Shown here piece by piece: positions 18,484-29,170 of a stretch of 64,000 nt of DNA. The notes beneath the pieces were generated by a model. That model was given only the letters and a program-made list of their open reading frames with translations, had not been told where the DNA came from and did not search any database. The stretch lies in assembly GCA_963849365.1 (NCBI GenBank), contig CAWKHA010000001.1, forward strand, positions 451,182 to 515,181, read 5' to 3'. Every line of letters begins with the position of its first letter. The stretch's first letter is position 1. The position numbers and the translations under genes are program-made. Source of the stretch: an uncultured Actinomycetota bacterium. GTDB lineage: Bacteria > Actinomycetota > Actinomycetes > Prado026.

Positions 18484-19887
18484 CTATCCGCCCGCGGGGA
18501 CCACCGAGCGGGCTCGCGCCAGCGCCCGGCGCACCGCGTCGACCGAGACGGTCACGTCCTCGTCCGTCGTCTGCCATCCCGAGACCGAGATCCGCATCGC
18601 GGCCCGCCCCTTGAACACGCTGGGGCCCATGTAGACGACCCGCTCGGCGAGCAGCTCGTCCACGACCCGGCGGGTGGTCGCGTCGTCGTCGTCGAAGCGC
18701 AGCAGAACCTGGTTGAGCACGACGTCGTTGAGGACGGCCACGCCCTCGGTCGCGGACAGCTCCGCGGCGAACCGGCCCGCGTAGGCGCAGCAGCGCTCGA
18801 CCAGGTCGGCCACCCCGGTCCGGCCGAGCTCGCGCAGCGCGGCGTAGACGGGCACGCCCCTGGCCCGCCGGGAGAACTCCGGCACGAGCTCGACCGGGTC
18901 CGGTGGCCCGTCGCCGGACTCGATCAGGTAGGCCGCGTGCGCCCCCATGGCTGCCCGGTGCGAGGCCGGGTGGCGGGTGATCGCGATCCCGCAGTCGTAC
19001 GGCACGTTCAGCCACTTGTGCGCGTCGGTGGCCCACGAGTCGGCGCCCGCGACGCCCTCTACGAGGTGCCTGCGCCCGGACGCCGCCGCCGCCCACAGGC
19101 CGAACGCCCCGTCCACATGAACCCAGGCGTCGTGCCGGTGGGCCAGCTCGACGGCGGCGGGGAACGGGTCGAACGCGCCGGTGTTGACGTTGCCGGCGGC
19201 CAGGGAGACGACCGTCGGCCGTCCGGCGCCCTCCGCCAGCGCCGCCGCGAAGTCCTCGAGCAGGAGCCGGCCCTGGTCGTCGGTGGCCACGAAGCGTGCG
19301 GTCGCGTCCCCGAGGCCGAGATAGCGCAGCGCGGAGTCGACCGTCGCGTGCCGCTCGTCGGAGACCACGACATGCAGCCGCGGCGCCCCCTGCAGGCCGT
19401 GCGCCTGGACGTCCCAGCCGGCCGCGGCCAGGACGTGGTACCGGGCGACGGCGAGGCAGGTGGTGTTGGCCATGCAGCCACCGGTGACGAACCCGACCGC
19501 GGACTGTTCGGGCAGGCCGAGCAGCTCCAGGACCCAGCCGCCGGCGACCGTCTCGGCCGCCACCGTGGCGGGGGTCACCGCCACCAGCCCGGAGTTCTGG
19601 TCCCACGCCGACACCAGCCAGTCGCTGGCCAGCGCCGCAGGCAGCGTGCCGCCGATGACGAAGCCGAAGAAGCGCCCGCCCTGCATGGCCGTGAGGCCCG
19701 GCTCGGCGGCGGTAGCCAGCTCGTCGACGACCGCGGCGGGGTCGGTCGGCCCGGCCGGCACCGGACCGCCGAGTGCCTCGAGCATCTGTTCGTACGTCGC
19801 CGCCGCCCCGACCGGCCGGTCCGGCACCGAGTCCAGCCAGGCCGTCGCGTGCAGGTGGGCCCGGTCCAGCGCATCCCATCTCGTCAT
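18484..19887 (-). CDS. PLP-dependent decarboxylase (group II, aspartate-aminotransferase fold)
   Basis: Motif HKWLNVPYDCG (PLP lysine) plus group II decarboxylase layout. I chose the ATG at 19887 (MTRWDALDRAHLH…). Its stop lies 10 nt from the PatA-like start. Confidence 0.75.
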   Translation of the reverse strand: MTRWDALDRAHLHATAWLDSVPDRPVGAAATYEQMLEALGGPVPAGPTDPAAVVDELATAAEPGLTAMQGGRFFGFVIGGTLPAALASDWLVSAWDQNSGLVAVTPATVAAETVAGGWVLELLGLPEQSAVGFVTGGCMANTTCLAVARYHVLAAAGWDVQAHGLQGAPRLHVVVSDERHATVDSALRYLGLGDATARFVATDDQGRLLLEDFAAALAEGAGRPTVVSLAAGNVNTGAFDPFPAAVELAHRHDAWVHVDGAFGLWAAAASGRRHLVEGVAGADSWATDAHKWLNVPYDCGIAITRHPASHRAAMGAHAAYLIESGDGPPDPVELVPEFSRRARGVPVYAALRELGRTGVADLVERCCAYAGRFAAELSATEGVAVLNDVVLNQVLLRFDDDDATTRRVVDELLAERVVYMGPSVFKGRAAMRISVSGWQTTDEDVTVSVDAVRRALARARSVVPAGG

Positions 19888-19940
19888 GCCCGCGAACGTA
19901 CGCCCACCGGCTTGCAGCGTCGTTGCATAGGCTCCCGCGC

Positions 19941-20864
19941 ATGCCGCCGACCCTGTCCGTGCACCCCGAGGTGGCCGCGGCGCTCGCGTCCCGGGCTCCG
20001 GTGGTGGCACTGGAGTCCACGATCATCAGCCACGGCCTGCCCCGTCCGGACAACCTCGGCATCGCCCGCCGGGTCGAGCAGGCTGTCCGCGACTCCGGCG
20101 CGGTCCCGGCGACGGTGGCGATGCTCGGCGGCACCGTCCACGTGGGGCTGGACCACGAGCAGCTCGAGTCCGTCGCGACCCGCGACGACGTCGTCAAGGT
20201 CAGCGTGCGCGACCTCGCCACGCTCGCCGCGCGCGGCGGGAACGGCGCGACCACGGTCGCGTCGACCTGCCACGTCGCGCACCTGGCCGGCATCGCGGTC
20301 TTCGCGACCGGCGGCCTGGGCGGGGTGCACCGGGGAGCGCAGGACACCTGGGACGAGTCGGCCGACCTCACGACGCTGGGCCGCACTCCGATCGCCGTCG
20401 TCTGCGCCGGGGTGAAGTCGATCCTGGACGTCGCCGCGACGCTGGAACGGCTCGAGACCCTGAGCGTGGGCGTCCTGGGCTACGGGACGGACCGCTTCCC
20501 GGGGTTCTACCTCACCGACTCCGGGCACCCGGTGGAGTTCAGGGTGGACTCCCCGCGCGAGGTGGCTGCGGTGCTCGCGGCCCGGCGGGTCCTCGACCTG
20601 CGCGCCGCCCTCGTCGTGGCCAACCCGCTGCCGCCGGACCAGGCCCTCGACCCGCAGCTGCACCAGCGCGTCCTGGCCGGCGGCCTGGCCGCAGCGGACG
20701 CCGCCGGCGTGACCGGCAAGGCGGTGACGCCCTTCCTGCTGGAGTACTTCCACCGGGAGAGCGCGGGGGCGAGCCTGGCCGCGAACGTGGCGATCATCCT
20801 CGCGAACGCGGCGCTGGCCGGGCGGATCGCGGCCGCGGCGGCGCCGGAGCCGATCCCGGCATGA
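19941..20864 (+). CDS. psuG: Pseudouridine-5'-phosphate glycosidase
   Basis: Conserved PsuG sequence (…VVALESTIISHGLPRPDNL…, …VFATGGLGGVHRG…). ATG at 19941. Confidence 0.8.
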   Translation: MPPTLSVHPEVAAALASRAPVVALESTIISHGLPRPDNLGIARRVEQAVRDSGAVPATVAMLGGTVHVGLDHEQLESVATRDDVVKVSVRDLATLAARGGNGATTVASTCHVAHLAGIAVFATGGLGGVHRGAQDTWDESADLTTLGRTPIAVVCAGVKSILDVAATLERLETLSVGVLGYGTDRFPGFYLTDSGHPVEFRVDSPREVAAVLAARRVLDLRAALVVANPLPPDQALDPQLHQRVLAGGLAAADAAGVTGKAVTPFLLEYFHRESAGASLAANVAIILANAALAGRIAAAAAPEPIPA

Positions 20865-21763
20865 CCCGCCCGACCAGGGTGGTCTCGGTGGGCGACCTCA
20901 TGACCGACGTGGTCGCCCTGGCCGGTGAGCCCACCGCGGTGGGCAGCGACACCCGCTCGGTGGTCCGGTTCGGCGGTGGCGGCGCGGCGGCCAACACGGC
21001 CGCCTGGCTGGCCGCGACCGGCCATCCGGTCACGTTCGTGGGCCGCGCCGGGGACGACCTGCTGGGCCGGGCCGCGCTGGACGAGCTGCGGGCCGGCGGC
21101 GTGGACGTCCGGGCCACACTGGACGCGGGCGCGAGCACGGGCGCCTGCGTCGTGGTCGTCGCTGCGGACGGCGAGCGGACCATGTACCCCGACGCCGGCG
21201 CCAACGCCAGGCTGTGCGCCGACGACCTGCCGGTGGACCTGCTCGGCCCGGGCCGGCCCGCACACCTGCACCTGTCCGGCTACGCGCTGCTCAACGCCGG
21301 GTCCCGGGCCGCGGCGCTGGCCGCGCTCGCCCTGGCGCGGTCGGCCGGGCACACCGTCTCCGTCGACCCGGCGTCGGCGGGTCCGATCCGGACGGTCGGG
21401 CCGCGCCAGGTGGTGCGCTGGGTCGCCGACGTCCAGCTGCTGCTCGCGAACGAGGACGAGGTGTGCCTGCTGGCCGACGATCCCGACCCGCTCGTGGCCG
21501 GGTCCGTCCTGGCCGGTCGCTGCGGCGACGTCGTGGTCAAGCTGGGCGCGGGTGGCGCGGCCTGGTTCGGTGCCGACGGCCGCCGGGCCCGGGTGCCGGC
21601 AGCAGCGGCCGAGGTGGTCGACACGACCGGGGCCGGGGACTGCTTCGCGGCCGGGTTCCTGCCTGCCTGGCTGGCCGGCAGCGAGCCGGCCGACGCCCTG
21701 GCCGCCGGATGCGCGCTGGCCGCCCGTGTCGTCGCCCGGGCGGGTGCGCGCCCGACCCGATAA
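20861..21763 (+). CDS. psuK: PfkB-family carbohydrate kinase (pseudouridine kinase)
   Basis: PfkB motifs ([18 protein letters not shown]). ATGA start/stop overlap with psuG. Confidence 0.7.
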   Translation: MTRPTRVVSVGDLMTDVVALAGEPTAVGSDTRSVVRFGGGGAAANTAAWLAATGHPVTFVGRAGDDLLGRAALDELRAGGVDVRATLDAGASTGACVVVVAADGERTMYPDAGANARLCADDLPVDLLGPGRPAHLHLSGYALLNAGSRAAALAALALARSAGHTVSVDPASAGPIRTVGPRQVVRWVADVQLLLANEDEVCLLADDPDPLVAGSVLAGRCGDVVVKLGAGGAAWFGADGRRARVPAAAAEVVDTTGAGDCFAAGFLPAWLAGSEPADALAAGCALAARVVARAGARPTR

Positions 21764-24207
21764 TGGCCGGCATGGCCCGCCGTACCCTCACCCCTCCCCC
21801 GCCCGACGACTTCACCGAGCGCATCGTCGACATCGACGTCTCCGAGGAGATGCAGGGCTCCTTCCTGGAGTACGCCTACTCGGTGATCTACGCGCGGGCG
21901 CTGCCCGACGCGCGGGACGGGCTCAAGCCCGTGCACCGCCGGATCCTGTACCAGATGGCCGAGATGGGGCTGCGGCCGGACCGCAGCCACGTCAAGAGCG
22001 CCCGGGTCGTCGGCGAGGTCATGGGCAAGCTGCACCCGCACGGGGACGGCGCGATCTACGACGCGCTGGTCCGGATGGCGCAGCCGTTCGCGATGCGGGT
22101 GCCGCTGGTCGACGGGCACGGCAACTTCGGCTCGCCGGACGACGGGCCGGCGGCGATGAGGTACACCGAGTGCCGGCTGGACGCCCCGGCGCTGCTCATG
22201 ACCGCGGGGATCGACGAGGACGTCGTCGACTTCGGGGCCAACTACGACGGCGCGCTCACCGAGCCGTCGGTGCTGCCGGCGGCCTTCCCCAACCTGCTCG
22301 TCAACGGCGCTACCGGCATCGCGGTCGGCATGGCGACGAACATGCCGCCGCACAACCTCGGCGAGGTCGTCGCGGCCGTCCGGCACCTGGTCCGCAACCC
22401 CAGGGCGTCCCTGGACGACGTGATGAAGATCGTCCCCGGTCCGGACCTGCCCACCGGCGGCAAGATCGTCGGGCTGGAGGGCATCCGCGAGGCGTACGAG
22501 ACCGGCCGAGGCACGTTCCGGATCCGCGCGGCCACCCGGGTCGAGGCGGTCACCGCGCGCCGGCGCGGGATCGTCGTGACCGAGCTCCCGTACGGCGTCG
22601 GGCCCGAGCGGGTCATCGAGAAGATCGCCGAGCTGGTCAAGTCCAAGCGGCTGCAGGGCATCAGCGACGTGACCGACCTGTCCGACGGCGAGCACGGGCT
22701 GCGGGTCGTGATCGAGATCAAGAGCGGCTTCGTGCCCGAGGCCGTCCTGGAGCAGCTGTTCCGGCTGACGCCGATGGAGGACACGTTCGGGATCAACAAC
22801 GTCGCGCTGGTCGATGGCCAGCCGCGCACGCTCGGCCTGCTCGAGCTGCTCCGGGTCTACGTGGACCACCGGCTCGAGGTGGTGCGGCGGCGCTCGGAGT
22901 ACCGGCGCCGGCGTGCCGAGGAGCGCCTGCACCTGGTGGCCGGTCTGCTGACCGCGATCCTGGACATCGACGAGGTCATCCAGCTGATCCGCACGTCCGA
23001 GGACGCTGCCGAGGCCCGCACGCGGCTCATGCAGGTGTTCGACCTGTCCGAGGTGCAGGCCACGTACATCCTCGACATGCCGCTGCGCCGGCTGACCCGG
23101 CTGAGCCGCATCGAGCTGGAGTCCGAGCGGGACGAGCTGGGCCGCACCATCGCCGAGCTCAGCGAGATCCTGGCCGACGACGCGCTGCTGCGCCGGACCG
23201 TCTCCGACGAGCTCGCCGAGGTCGCCAAGAAGTTCGGGACGCCGCGGCGCACGGTGCTGCTGGAGTCCGCCGGCCAGCCGGTGGCGGCGAGCGCGACACC
23301 GCTGGAGGTCCCGGACGAGCCGTGCCGGGTGCTGCTGTCCTCCACCGGCCTGCTCGCGCGCACCTCCGGCGACGAGCCGCTACCCGCGGGGGGTCCGCGG
23401 GCCCGCCACGACGTGGTGGTCTCCTCGGTCCGGGCCACCGCTCGCGGCGAGGTCGGCGTGGTCACCTCGGCCGGGCGCATGCTGCGCCTGCAGGTCCTCG
23501 ACCTGCCCGCGCTGCCGTCGACGGCCAACGCGCCCAGCCTGGCGGGCGGCGGCCAGGTCTCGGAGTTCCTCGAGCTGGGCAAGGGCGAGCAGGTGCTGGC
23601 GCTGGCCACGCTGGACGGTCCGGGCATCGCGCTGGGCACCGAGAGCGGGGTGGTCAAACGCGTCCAGCCGGACTACCCGTCCAACAAGGCCGAGTTCGAG
23701 GTGGTCCGGCTGGAGCCCGGGGACCGGGTCGTCGGTGCCGTCGAGCTCGGCGCCGAGACCGACGACCTGGTCTTCGTCACCTCCGACGCCCAGCTGCTGC
23801 GGTTCTCCGCGTCCTCGGTCCGGGCGCAGGGCCGGGCCGCAGGCGGCATGGCCGGCGTCCGGCTCGCGGCCGGCCAGCAGGCCGTGTTCTTCGGAGCGGT
23901 CGACCCCACGCGGTCGAACGCGGTGGTCACCGTCGCCGGTTCGTCCGACGCACTGCCCGGCACCGTCCCGGGCACCGCCAAGGTGACGGAGTACGACCTG
24001 TACCCGGCCAAGGGGCGCGGCACCGGCGGTGTGCGCTGCCAGCGGTTCCTGCGCGGCGAGGACCGGCTCGTGCTGGCCTGGGCGGGGCCTTCGCCGGCCC
24101 GGGCGGCGACCGCGGCCGGGGTGCCGGTCGAGCTGCCGGCGCCCGACCCCCGGCGGGACGGCTCGGGCACCGAGCTGCCGCAGCCGGTCGCCGCCGTGTC
24201 CGGGTGA
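21763..24207 (+). CDS. parC: DNA topoisomerase IV subunit A
   Basis: Type IIA topoisomerase A-subunit core (…[17 protein letters not shown]…, active-site region …AMRYTECRL…). Length is 814 aa and I found no GyrA-box. The start overlaps the psuK stop (TAATG). Confidence 0.85.
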   Translation: MAGMARRTLTPPPPDDFTERIVDIDVSEEMQGSFLEYAYSVIYARALPDARDGLKPVHRRILYQMAEMGLRPDRSHVKSARVVGEVMGKLHPHGDGAIYDALVRMAQPFAMRVPLVDGHGNFGSPDDGPAAMRYTECRLDAPALLMTAGIDEDVVDFGANYDGALTEPSVLPAAFPNLLVNGATGIAVGMATNMPPHNLGEVVAAVRHLVRNPRASLDDVMKIVPGPDLPTGGKIVGLEGIREAYETGRGTFRIRAATRVEAVTARRRGIVVTELPYGVGPERVIEKIAELVKSKRLQGISDVTDLSDGEHGLRVVIEIKSGFVPEAVLEQLFRLTPMEDTFGINNVALVDGQPRTLGLLELLRVYVDHRLEVVRRRSEYRRRRAEERLHLVAGLLTAILDIDEVIQLIRTSEDAAEARTRLMQVFDLSEVQATYILDMPLRRLTRLSRIELESERDELGRTIAELSEILADDALLRRTVSDELAEVAKKFGTPRRTVLLESAGQPVAASATPLEVPDEPCRVLLSSTGLLARTSGDEPLPAGGPRARHDVVVSSVRATARGEVGVVTSAGRMLRLQVLDLPALPSTANAPSLAGGGQVSEFLELGKGEQVLALATLDGPGIALGTESGVVKRVQPDYPSNKAEFEVVRLEPGDRVVGAVELGAETDDLVFVTSDAQLLRFSASSVRAQGRAAGGMAGVRLAAGQQAVFFGAVDPTRSNAVVTVAGSSDALPGTVPGTAKVTEYDLYPAKGRGTGGVRCQRFLRGEDRLVLAWAGPSPARAATAAGVPVELPAPDPRRDGSGTELPQPVAAVSG

Positions 24208-24785
24208 ACGACGAGCTGTCCGTCGTCTCGTTCGCGACCGCGGCGGACTTCGAGCGGTGGCTGGAGCGCGAGCACGTGACCTCGTCCGGCGCGTGGCTGC
24301 GGATCGCCCGGAAGGCATCGGGCACGCCGACCGTCACTTACGTCGAAGCGGTCGAGGTCGCGCTCTGCTTCGGCTGGATCGACGGTCAGAAGGGCCACGG
24401 CGACGAGGCCTCGTGGCTCCAGCGCTTCACCCCGCGGCGGGCCCGCAGCCGCTGGTCGCTGGTCAACCGGACCAAGGCGCTCGAGCTCATCGCGGCCGGA
24501 CGGATGCGGCCGCAGGGCCTGCGCGAGGTCGAGTCGGCGCGGGCCGACGGCCGCTGGGACGCCGCCTACGCCGGCCAGTCCGGCGCTGAGATCCCCGACG
24601 ACCTGCGCGACGCCCTCGCCGCAGCCGGGCTCCTCGACCTCTTCGCCGGGCTGAAGAGCTCCGAGCGTTACTCGATCCTGTACCGGGTCCAGGACGCCAG
24701 GCGACCCGACACCCGGGCCCGACGGATCGCCGGGTTCGTCGACTTGCTGGCCCGCGGCGAGACGCCGCACGGCCCGATCTCCTGA
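24204..24785 (+). CDS. YdeI/OmpD-associated family protein (DUF1801-related)
   Basis: …[25 protein letters not shown]…[12 protein letters not shown]… matches the YdeI family. The GTG start overlaps the parC stop (GTGA). Confidence 0.65.
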   Translation: MNDELSVVSFATAADFERWLEREHVTSSGAWLRIARKASGTPTVTYVEAVEVALCFGWIDGQKGHGDEASWLQRFTPRRARSRWSLVNRTKALELIAAGRMRPQGLREVESARADGRWDAAYAGQSGAEIPDDLRDALAAAGLLDLFAGLKSSERYSILYRVQDARRPDTRARRIAGFVDLLARGETPHGPIS

Positions 24786-24827
24786 CCCCGTGCGGCGGCG
24801 GCGCCGGGCGACCGGCAGGATCGACCC

Positions 24828-25334
24828 GTGAGCCATTTCGACGACCTGCTGGACGCCAACGTGGCGTACGCCAAGACCTTCGCCGACGCCGGGCTCGCCC
24901 CGGTCGCCGCCCGCGGAGTCGCCATCCTCACGTGCTTCGACTCGCGGATCGAGCCGCTGCGGATGCTGGGGCTGGCCAAGGGAGACGCGAAGATCCTCCG
25001 CAACGCCGGGGCCCGGGTCACCGATGACGTCCTGCGCACCCTGGTCCTGGCGACGCACCTGCTCGGTGTCGACCGCGTGTTCGTGGTGCCGCACACGCGT
25101 TGCCGCATGACCGAGAACACCGAGGAGGACCTGCACCGCGTGATCCTCGAGCGGGCCGGCGTCGACACCCGCAGCCTGGAGTTCCGGACCGAACGCGACC
25201 AGGTCGCGGCGCTGCGCAGCGACCTCGTACGGATCCGGGCCTATCCGCTGTTGCCTGCGGCTCTGGTTGTCGGCGGTGCGGTCTACGACGTGGACACCGG
25301 CCGGCTCGACCCGGTCGACCTCGGCGACGGCTGA
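24828..25334 (+). CDS. Beta-class carbonic anhydrase
   Basis: Zinc-ligand motifs CFDSR…HTRC and the usual length. GTG start. Confidence 0.8.
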   Translation: MSHFDDLLDANVAYAKTFADAGLAPVAARGVAILTCFDSRIEPLRMLGLAKGDAKILRNAGARVTDDVLRTLVLATHLLGVDRVFVVPHTRCRMTENTEEDLHRVILERAGVDTRSLEFRTERDQVAALRSDLVRIRAYPLLPAALVVGGAVYDVDTGRLDPVDLGDG

Positions 25335-25355
25335 CCCGGGTCGGCAGCCGGGGGC

Positions 25356-26495
25356 TCACGCCGTCGCGGGGCCGGAGCAGGCCACTTCGACCGCTCGCTG
25401 CCAGGCCGGCCCCAGCCAACCGTTCCCCTCGTCGACCGTCACCGGCACGTCGCCGTCGGCCAGGTGGACGACGAACTCGGGCACCGGCGGCGTCGTGGGC
25501 GCGCGAGCACAGTCCTCCACCCGCCAACCGCCGAGCACCGTCTGGGTCGAACCTCCGGCCACGGACAGCCCTTCCGAGCCGACCGTCCCGTGCCAGTACC
25601 CGCCGAGGCCGGCGGCCGTGCCGGGCCGCGCGCGGACCACCGCGACCGACCCGGCGCTGTTGTGCAGCTCCAGGGCCAGCGCGATGCTGCGCGGGCCCTG
25701 GCTGCCGTCCTGCCCCTGCACCGTGCCGGGCACCAGTCGCGCCGTGACGGCGCGCGCCGGATCCACTCGTCCGCACGCCGCCTGCCGGGCCTCGTCCCAC
25801 AGCGGGGCGACCCGGTCGATCCGCAGCACCTCGAGAGCTCTGCGCTGACCGGCCAGCTCGGCCACCAGCACGACCTCCGTGCCGGGCGCACCGCTGAGCG
25901 CTGCCGTGCAGTCCACGCGCAGGCGGAGGAAGACCTCGCCGACCGCGCCCGGGGCCAGCACGGTCCCGCCGCTCGTCCCCGCAGGCGGCTGACCGGCGGT
26001 CGGGTCGTGGACGGCACCGGCCTGCCGCACCGCTCCGTCGACGACCTCGACGGGGTCGGGGCCGTCGTTGCGTACCTGGACGAAGAGCGTGACGTGCCCG
26101 CCGGCCGCGCTGAACCGGTCCTCGGGCGGGATGGGGACGGCGAGGGCGGTCAGGTCGTGCCTGGTGTCCATCGATCCGACGGCCAGGTCGACGCCCGTCG
26201 TGTCGAAGGGTGCGGGGACCGAGGCGCGAGCTACCGGCGCGCGCTCCGCGTGGCGGTTCGCGTACCAGAAGCCGCCCGCCAGCAGAGCGGCCAGCGTGAG
26301 AGCAGCGGTCAGGGCCTGCCGCGGGCGGCCTGACCCCGCTCGGCGCCTGCGCGGAGCCCGTACGGGTTCGCGGCCGTGCGCGACCAGGTCCTGTGCTGCT
26401 CCGACGTCACCGATGTCGGCCGGGTCGGATGCAGGCGGTTCGGAAGGGCGGGGGCGCGGTGCCTCCATGCGCGCAAGGTACCCCGACCGGGCCAC
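25356..26495 (-). CDS. Hypothetical membrane-anchored protein (one N-terminal TM helix, two related extracytoplasmic repeats each ending in a Cys)
   Basis: TM helix ALTAALTLAALLAGGFWY, and the opposite strand gives only R-rich junk. No family recognised. Confidence 0.45.
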   Translation of the reverse strand: MARSGYLARMEAPRPRPSEPPASDPADIGDVGAAQDLVAHGREPVRAPRRRRAGSGRPRQALTAALTLAALLAGGFWYANRHAERAPVARASVPAPFDTTGVDLAVGSMDTRHDLTALAVPIPPEDRFSAAGGHVTLFVQVRNDGPDPVEVVDGAVRQAGAVHDPTAGQPPAGTSGGTVLAPGAVGEVFLRLRVDCTAALSGAPGTEVVLVAELAGQRRALEVLRIDRVAPLWDEARQAACGRVDPARAVTARLVPGTVQGQDGSQGPRSIALALELHNSAGSVAVVRARPGTAAGLGGYWHGTVGSEGLSVAGGSTQTVLGGWRVEDCARAPTTPPVPEFVVHLADGDVPVTVDEGNGWLGPAWQRAVEVACSGPATA

Positions 26496-26519
26496 TGCCG
26501 GACGGTCGCATCCGGCCGG

Positions 26520-28628
26520 CTACGCGTCGATGCGGCTGCGGTCCAGGCCGCCGGCGCCTTCCACGATGAACTCCTTGCGCGGTGCGACCTCGCCGCCCAT
26601 CAGCAGCTCGAAAACCGACTCGGCGCTCGCGGCGTCGGACAGCCGCACCCGCCGCAGCGTGCGGTGCCTCGGGTGCATCGTCGTCTCCCGCAGCTGGGCG
26701 GCGTCCATCTCGCCGAGCCCCTTGTACCGCTGCGGCACGTCCTTGACCCGCCGGCCCTTCTTCTCCAGGTCGGCGAGCGTGCGGTGCAGCTGCGCGTCGG
26801 AGTACGTGTAGATGTACTCGTTCTTCTTGCCCGGGCCCGCGACGACCTCGATCCGGTGCAGCGGTGGCACCGCGGCGTAGACGCGACCCTCTTCGAGCAG
26901 CGGGCGCATGGCGCGGTAGATCAGCGTGAGAAGCAACGTGCGGATGTGGGCGCCGTCGACGTCCGCGTCGGTCATCAGGATGATCTTGCCGTAGCGCGCG
27001 CTGTCGAGGTCGAACGTGCGGCCCGAGCCGGCGCCGACGACCTGGATGATCGAGGCGCACTCGGCGTTGCGCAGCATGTCGGCAGGTGAAGCCTTCTGCA
27101 CGTTGAGGATCTTGCCGCGGATCGGGAGCAGCGCCTGGAACTCGGAGTTGCGCGCGACCTTCGCGGTGCCCAGCGCGCTGTCCCCCTCGACGATGAACAG
27201 CTCGGTGCGGTCGACGTCGTCGGAGCGGCAGTCGGCGAGCTTGGCCGGCAGCGACGAGGTCTCGAGGGCGTTCTTGCGACGCTGCAGCTCCTTGTGCTGG
27301 CGGGCGGCCACGCGGGTGCGGGCGGCCGAGGCTACCTTGTCGAGCACGGCCCGGGCGGCCTGCTTGTCGCCCCGCTTCGTGGAGGTCAGGAACGCCTTGA
27401 GCTCCTTGGCGACGACGTTCCCGACGATGCGGGACGCGGCCGACGTGCCCAGCACCTCCTTGGTCTGCCCCTCGAACTGGGGCTCGGCGAGCCGAACGGT
27501 CACCACCGCGGTCAGGCCCTCGAGCACGTCGTCCTTGACCACGTCGTCCTCGCCGGCGCGCAGGACCCTGGCCGCGCGCAGCTGCTCGTTGAAGGTCTTG
27601 GTCAGCGCCCGCTCGAAGCCGACGACGTGGGTGCCGCCCTTGGGCGTGGCGATGATGTTGACGAACGACCGCGCGACCGTGTCGTACCCGGTCCCCCACT
27701 GCAGGGCGACATCGACGCCGAGCTCGCGCTCCACCTCGCGCGGCGCCATGTGGCCCTTTTCGTCCAGCACGGGGACGGTCTCGTGGAAGTGCCCCGAGCC
27801 GCGCAGCCGCAGCACATCGCTCACCGGCGGGTCCGGGGCGAGGTACGAGCAGAACTCGGAGATCCCTCCGGAGTGGTGGAAGGTCTCCTCGGCCGGCTCG
27901 CCGTCGCGCTCGTCCCGCACGACCAGGGCCAGCCCGGGGACGAGGAACGCGGTCTGCCGGGCGCGCTCGTGCAGCTCGTCGAGGAGGACGCCGGCCTCCT
28001 TCAGGAACACGGTGCGGTCCGCCCACCACCGGACCCGGGTGCCGGTGACCTTGCGGGCCACCTTGCCGGTGACCTTGAGCGCCTGGCCGGTGGCCTCGGT
28101 GAACGCGGCCTGCGGCCCGTCGCCGTCGAAGGTCCCGGGAACGCCCTGCCGGAACGACATCTGGTGGATCTTGCCGTCGCGGTCGACCTCGACGTCGAGC
28201 CGGGAGGACAGCGCGTTGACCACGGAGGCCCCGACCCCGTGCAGGCCGCCGGACGCGGCGTACGACCCGCCGCCGAACTTTCCGCCCGCGTGCAGGCGGG
28301 TCATGACGACCTCGACGCCGGTCAGGCCGGTCTTGGGCTCCACGTCGACGGGGATGCCGCGCCCGTCGTCGCGCACCTCCACCGAGCCGTCGGCGTCCAG
28401 GAGCACCTCGATCCGGCTGCAGTGCCCGGCCAGGGCCTCGTCGACCGCGTTGTCGATGATCTCCCACACGCAGTGCATGAGCCCGCGGGAGTCGGTCGAG
28501 CCGATGTACATGCCGGGCCGCTTGCGGACCGCGTCGAGCCCCTCCAGGACGGAGAGGTGACGCGCCATGTACGCAGCGGAGGCACTCTTGGCGGGAACAG
28601 GGGCCTTCTCGGCCGGCTGGGCGGTCAT
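26520..28628 (-). CDS. parE: DNA topoisomerase IV subunit B
   Basis: GHKL ATPase and TOPRIM regions (…GLHHLVWEIVDN-like VWEIIDNAVDEALAG, EGDSA, PLRGKILN). I chose the ATG at 28628 (MTAQPAEK…). Confidence 0.85.
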   Translation of the reverse strand: MTAQPAEKAPVPAKSASAAYMARHLSVLEGLDAVRKRPGMYIGSTDSRGLMHCVWEIIDNAVDEALAGHCSRIEVLLDADGSVEVRDDGRGIPVDVEPKTGLTGVEVVMTRLHAGGKFGGGSYAASGGLHGVGASVVNALSSRLDVEVDRDGKIHQMSFRQGVPGTFDGDGPQAAFTEATGQALKVTGKVARKVTGTRVRWWADRTVFLKEAGVLLDELHERARQTAFLVPGLALVVRDERDGEPAEETFHHSGGISEFCSYLAPDPPVSDVLRLRGSGHFHETVPVLDEKGHMAPREVERELGVDVALQWGTGYDTVARSFVNIIATPKGGTHVVGFERALTKTFNEQLRAARVLRAGEDDVVKDDVLEGLTAVVTVRLAEPQFEGQTKEVLGTSAASRIVGNVVAKELKAFLTSTKRGDKQAARAVLDKVASAARTRVAARQHKELQRRKNALETSSLPAKLADCRSDDVDRTELFIVEGDSALGTAKVARNSEFQALLPIRGKILNVQKASPADMLRNAECASIIQVVGAGSGRTFDLDSARYGKIILMTDADVDGAHIRTLLLTLIYRAMRPLLEEGRVYAAVPPLHRIEVVAGPGKKNEYIYTYSDAQLHRTLADLEKKGRRVKDVPQRYKGLGEMDAAQLRETTMHPRHRTLRRVRLSDAASAESVFELLMGGEVAPRKEFIVEGAGGLDRSRIDA

Positions 28629-28856
28629 CTCGCGCAGGAGGCTACCGCCGGCCGGGGACCGTCCCACGCCGCGGCACGCCCCTCACCCGGCAGATCCGTG
28701 GGCTTGTGCGGTCGTGAAGGGCCGATCGGGTGTCGGCCGTGGGGGGTAGGCCGTACGTACGCGCAGAGCGAACCGACACGCCGATGGACGCCAGGAAGCA
28801 TCAGGGGTGAGAGTCTGTTGCACTGGGTGCATCGAAACGACAGACCCGGAGGAGAC

Positions 28857-29090
28857 GTGACCACAGCTCTGGCACCGAACACCAGCGCACTGACCGCAGC
28901 CGACCGCTGCGACCGGTGCGGCGCGCAGGCGTACGTCCGCGCCAGCCTGGTATCCGGCGGCGAGCTCCTGTTCTGCGTCCACCACGCGAACGAGCACCGC
29001 CCGGCGCTCGAGGCGGCCGGAGCCGTGTTCTACGACGAGAGCGACCGCTTGGACGAGACGCCGGCGACGGCGACCTTCGACGAGCGCTGA
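28857..29090 (+). CDS. Small hypothetical Cys4/His protein (CDRCG…FCVHHANEH), possible zinc ribbon
   Basis: GTG start at 28857 with a GGAGGA box just upstream. It sits at the C-terminal end of a long antisense artefact ORF. The composition is protein-like and a strong terminator follows. Confidence 0.4.
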   Translation: MTTALAPNTSALTAADRCDRCGAQAYVRASLVSGGELLFCVHHANEHRPALEAAGAVFYDESDRLDETPATATFDER

Positions 29091-29119
29091 GCCCAGCCCC
29101 CGCACCCGCACCGACTTTC

Positions 29120-29150
29120 GAAGGCCCCGGACCTGCCGTCCGGGGCCTTC
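29120..29150. terminator. Perfect 13-bp stem hairpin GAAGGCCCCGGAC-ctgcc-GTCCGGGGCCTTC between convergent genes (bidirectional terminator candidate)
   Basis: Read directly from the sequence. Confidence 0.55.
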
Positions 29151-29170
29151 GGCCTGTGCCGGGTCGTGGG

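Noticed and set aside
21763-28628. Calling the type IIA topoisomerase pair GyrA/GyrB
   Set aside because: The A subunit is about 814 aa with no GyrA-box (QRRGGKG) and the B subunit is about 702 aa. Both fit ParC/ParE better, and the genes are not adjacent as gyrB-gyrA usually are.
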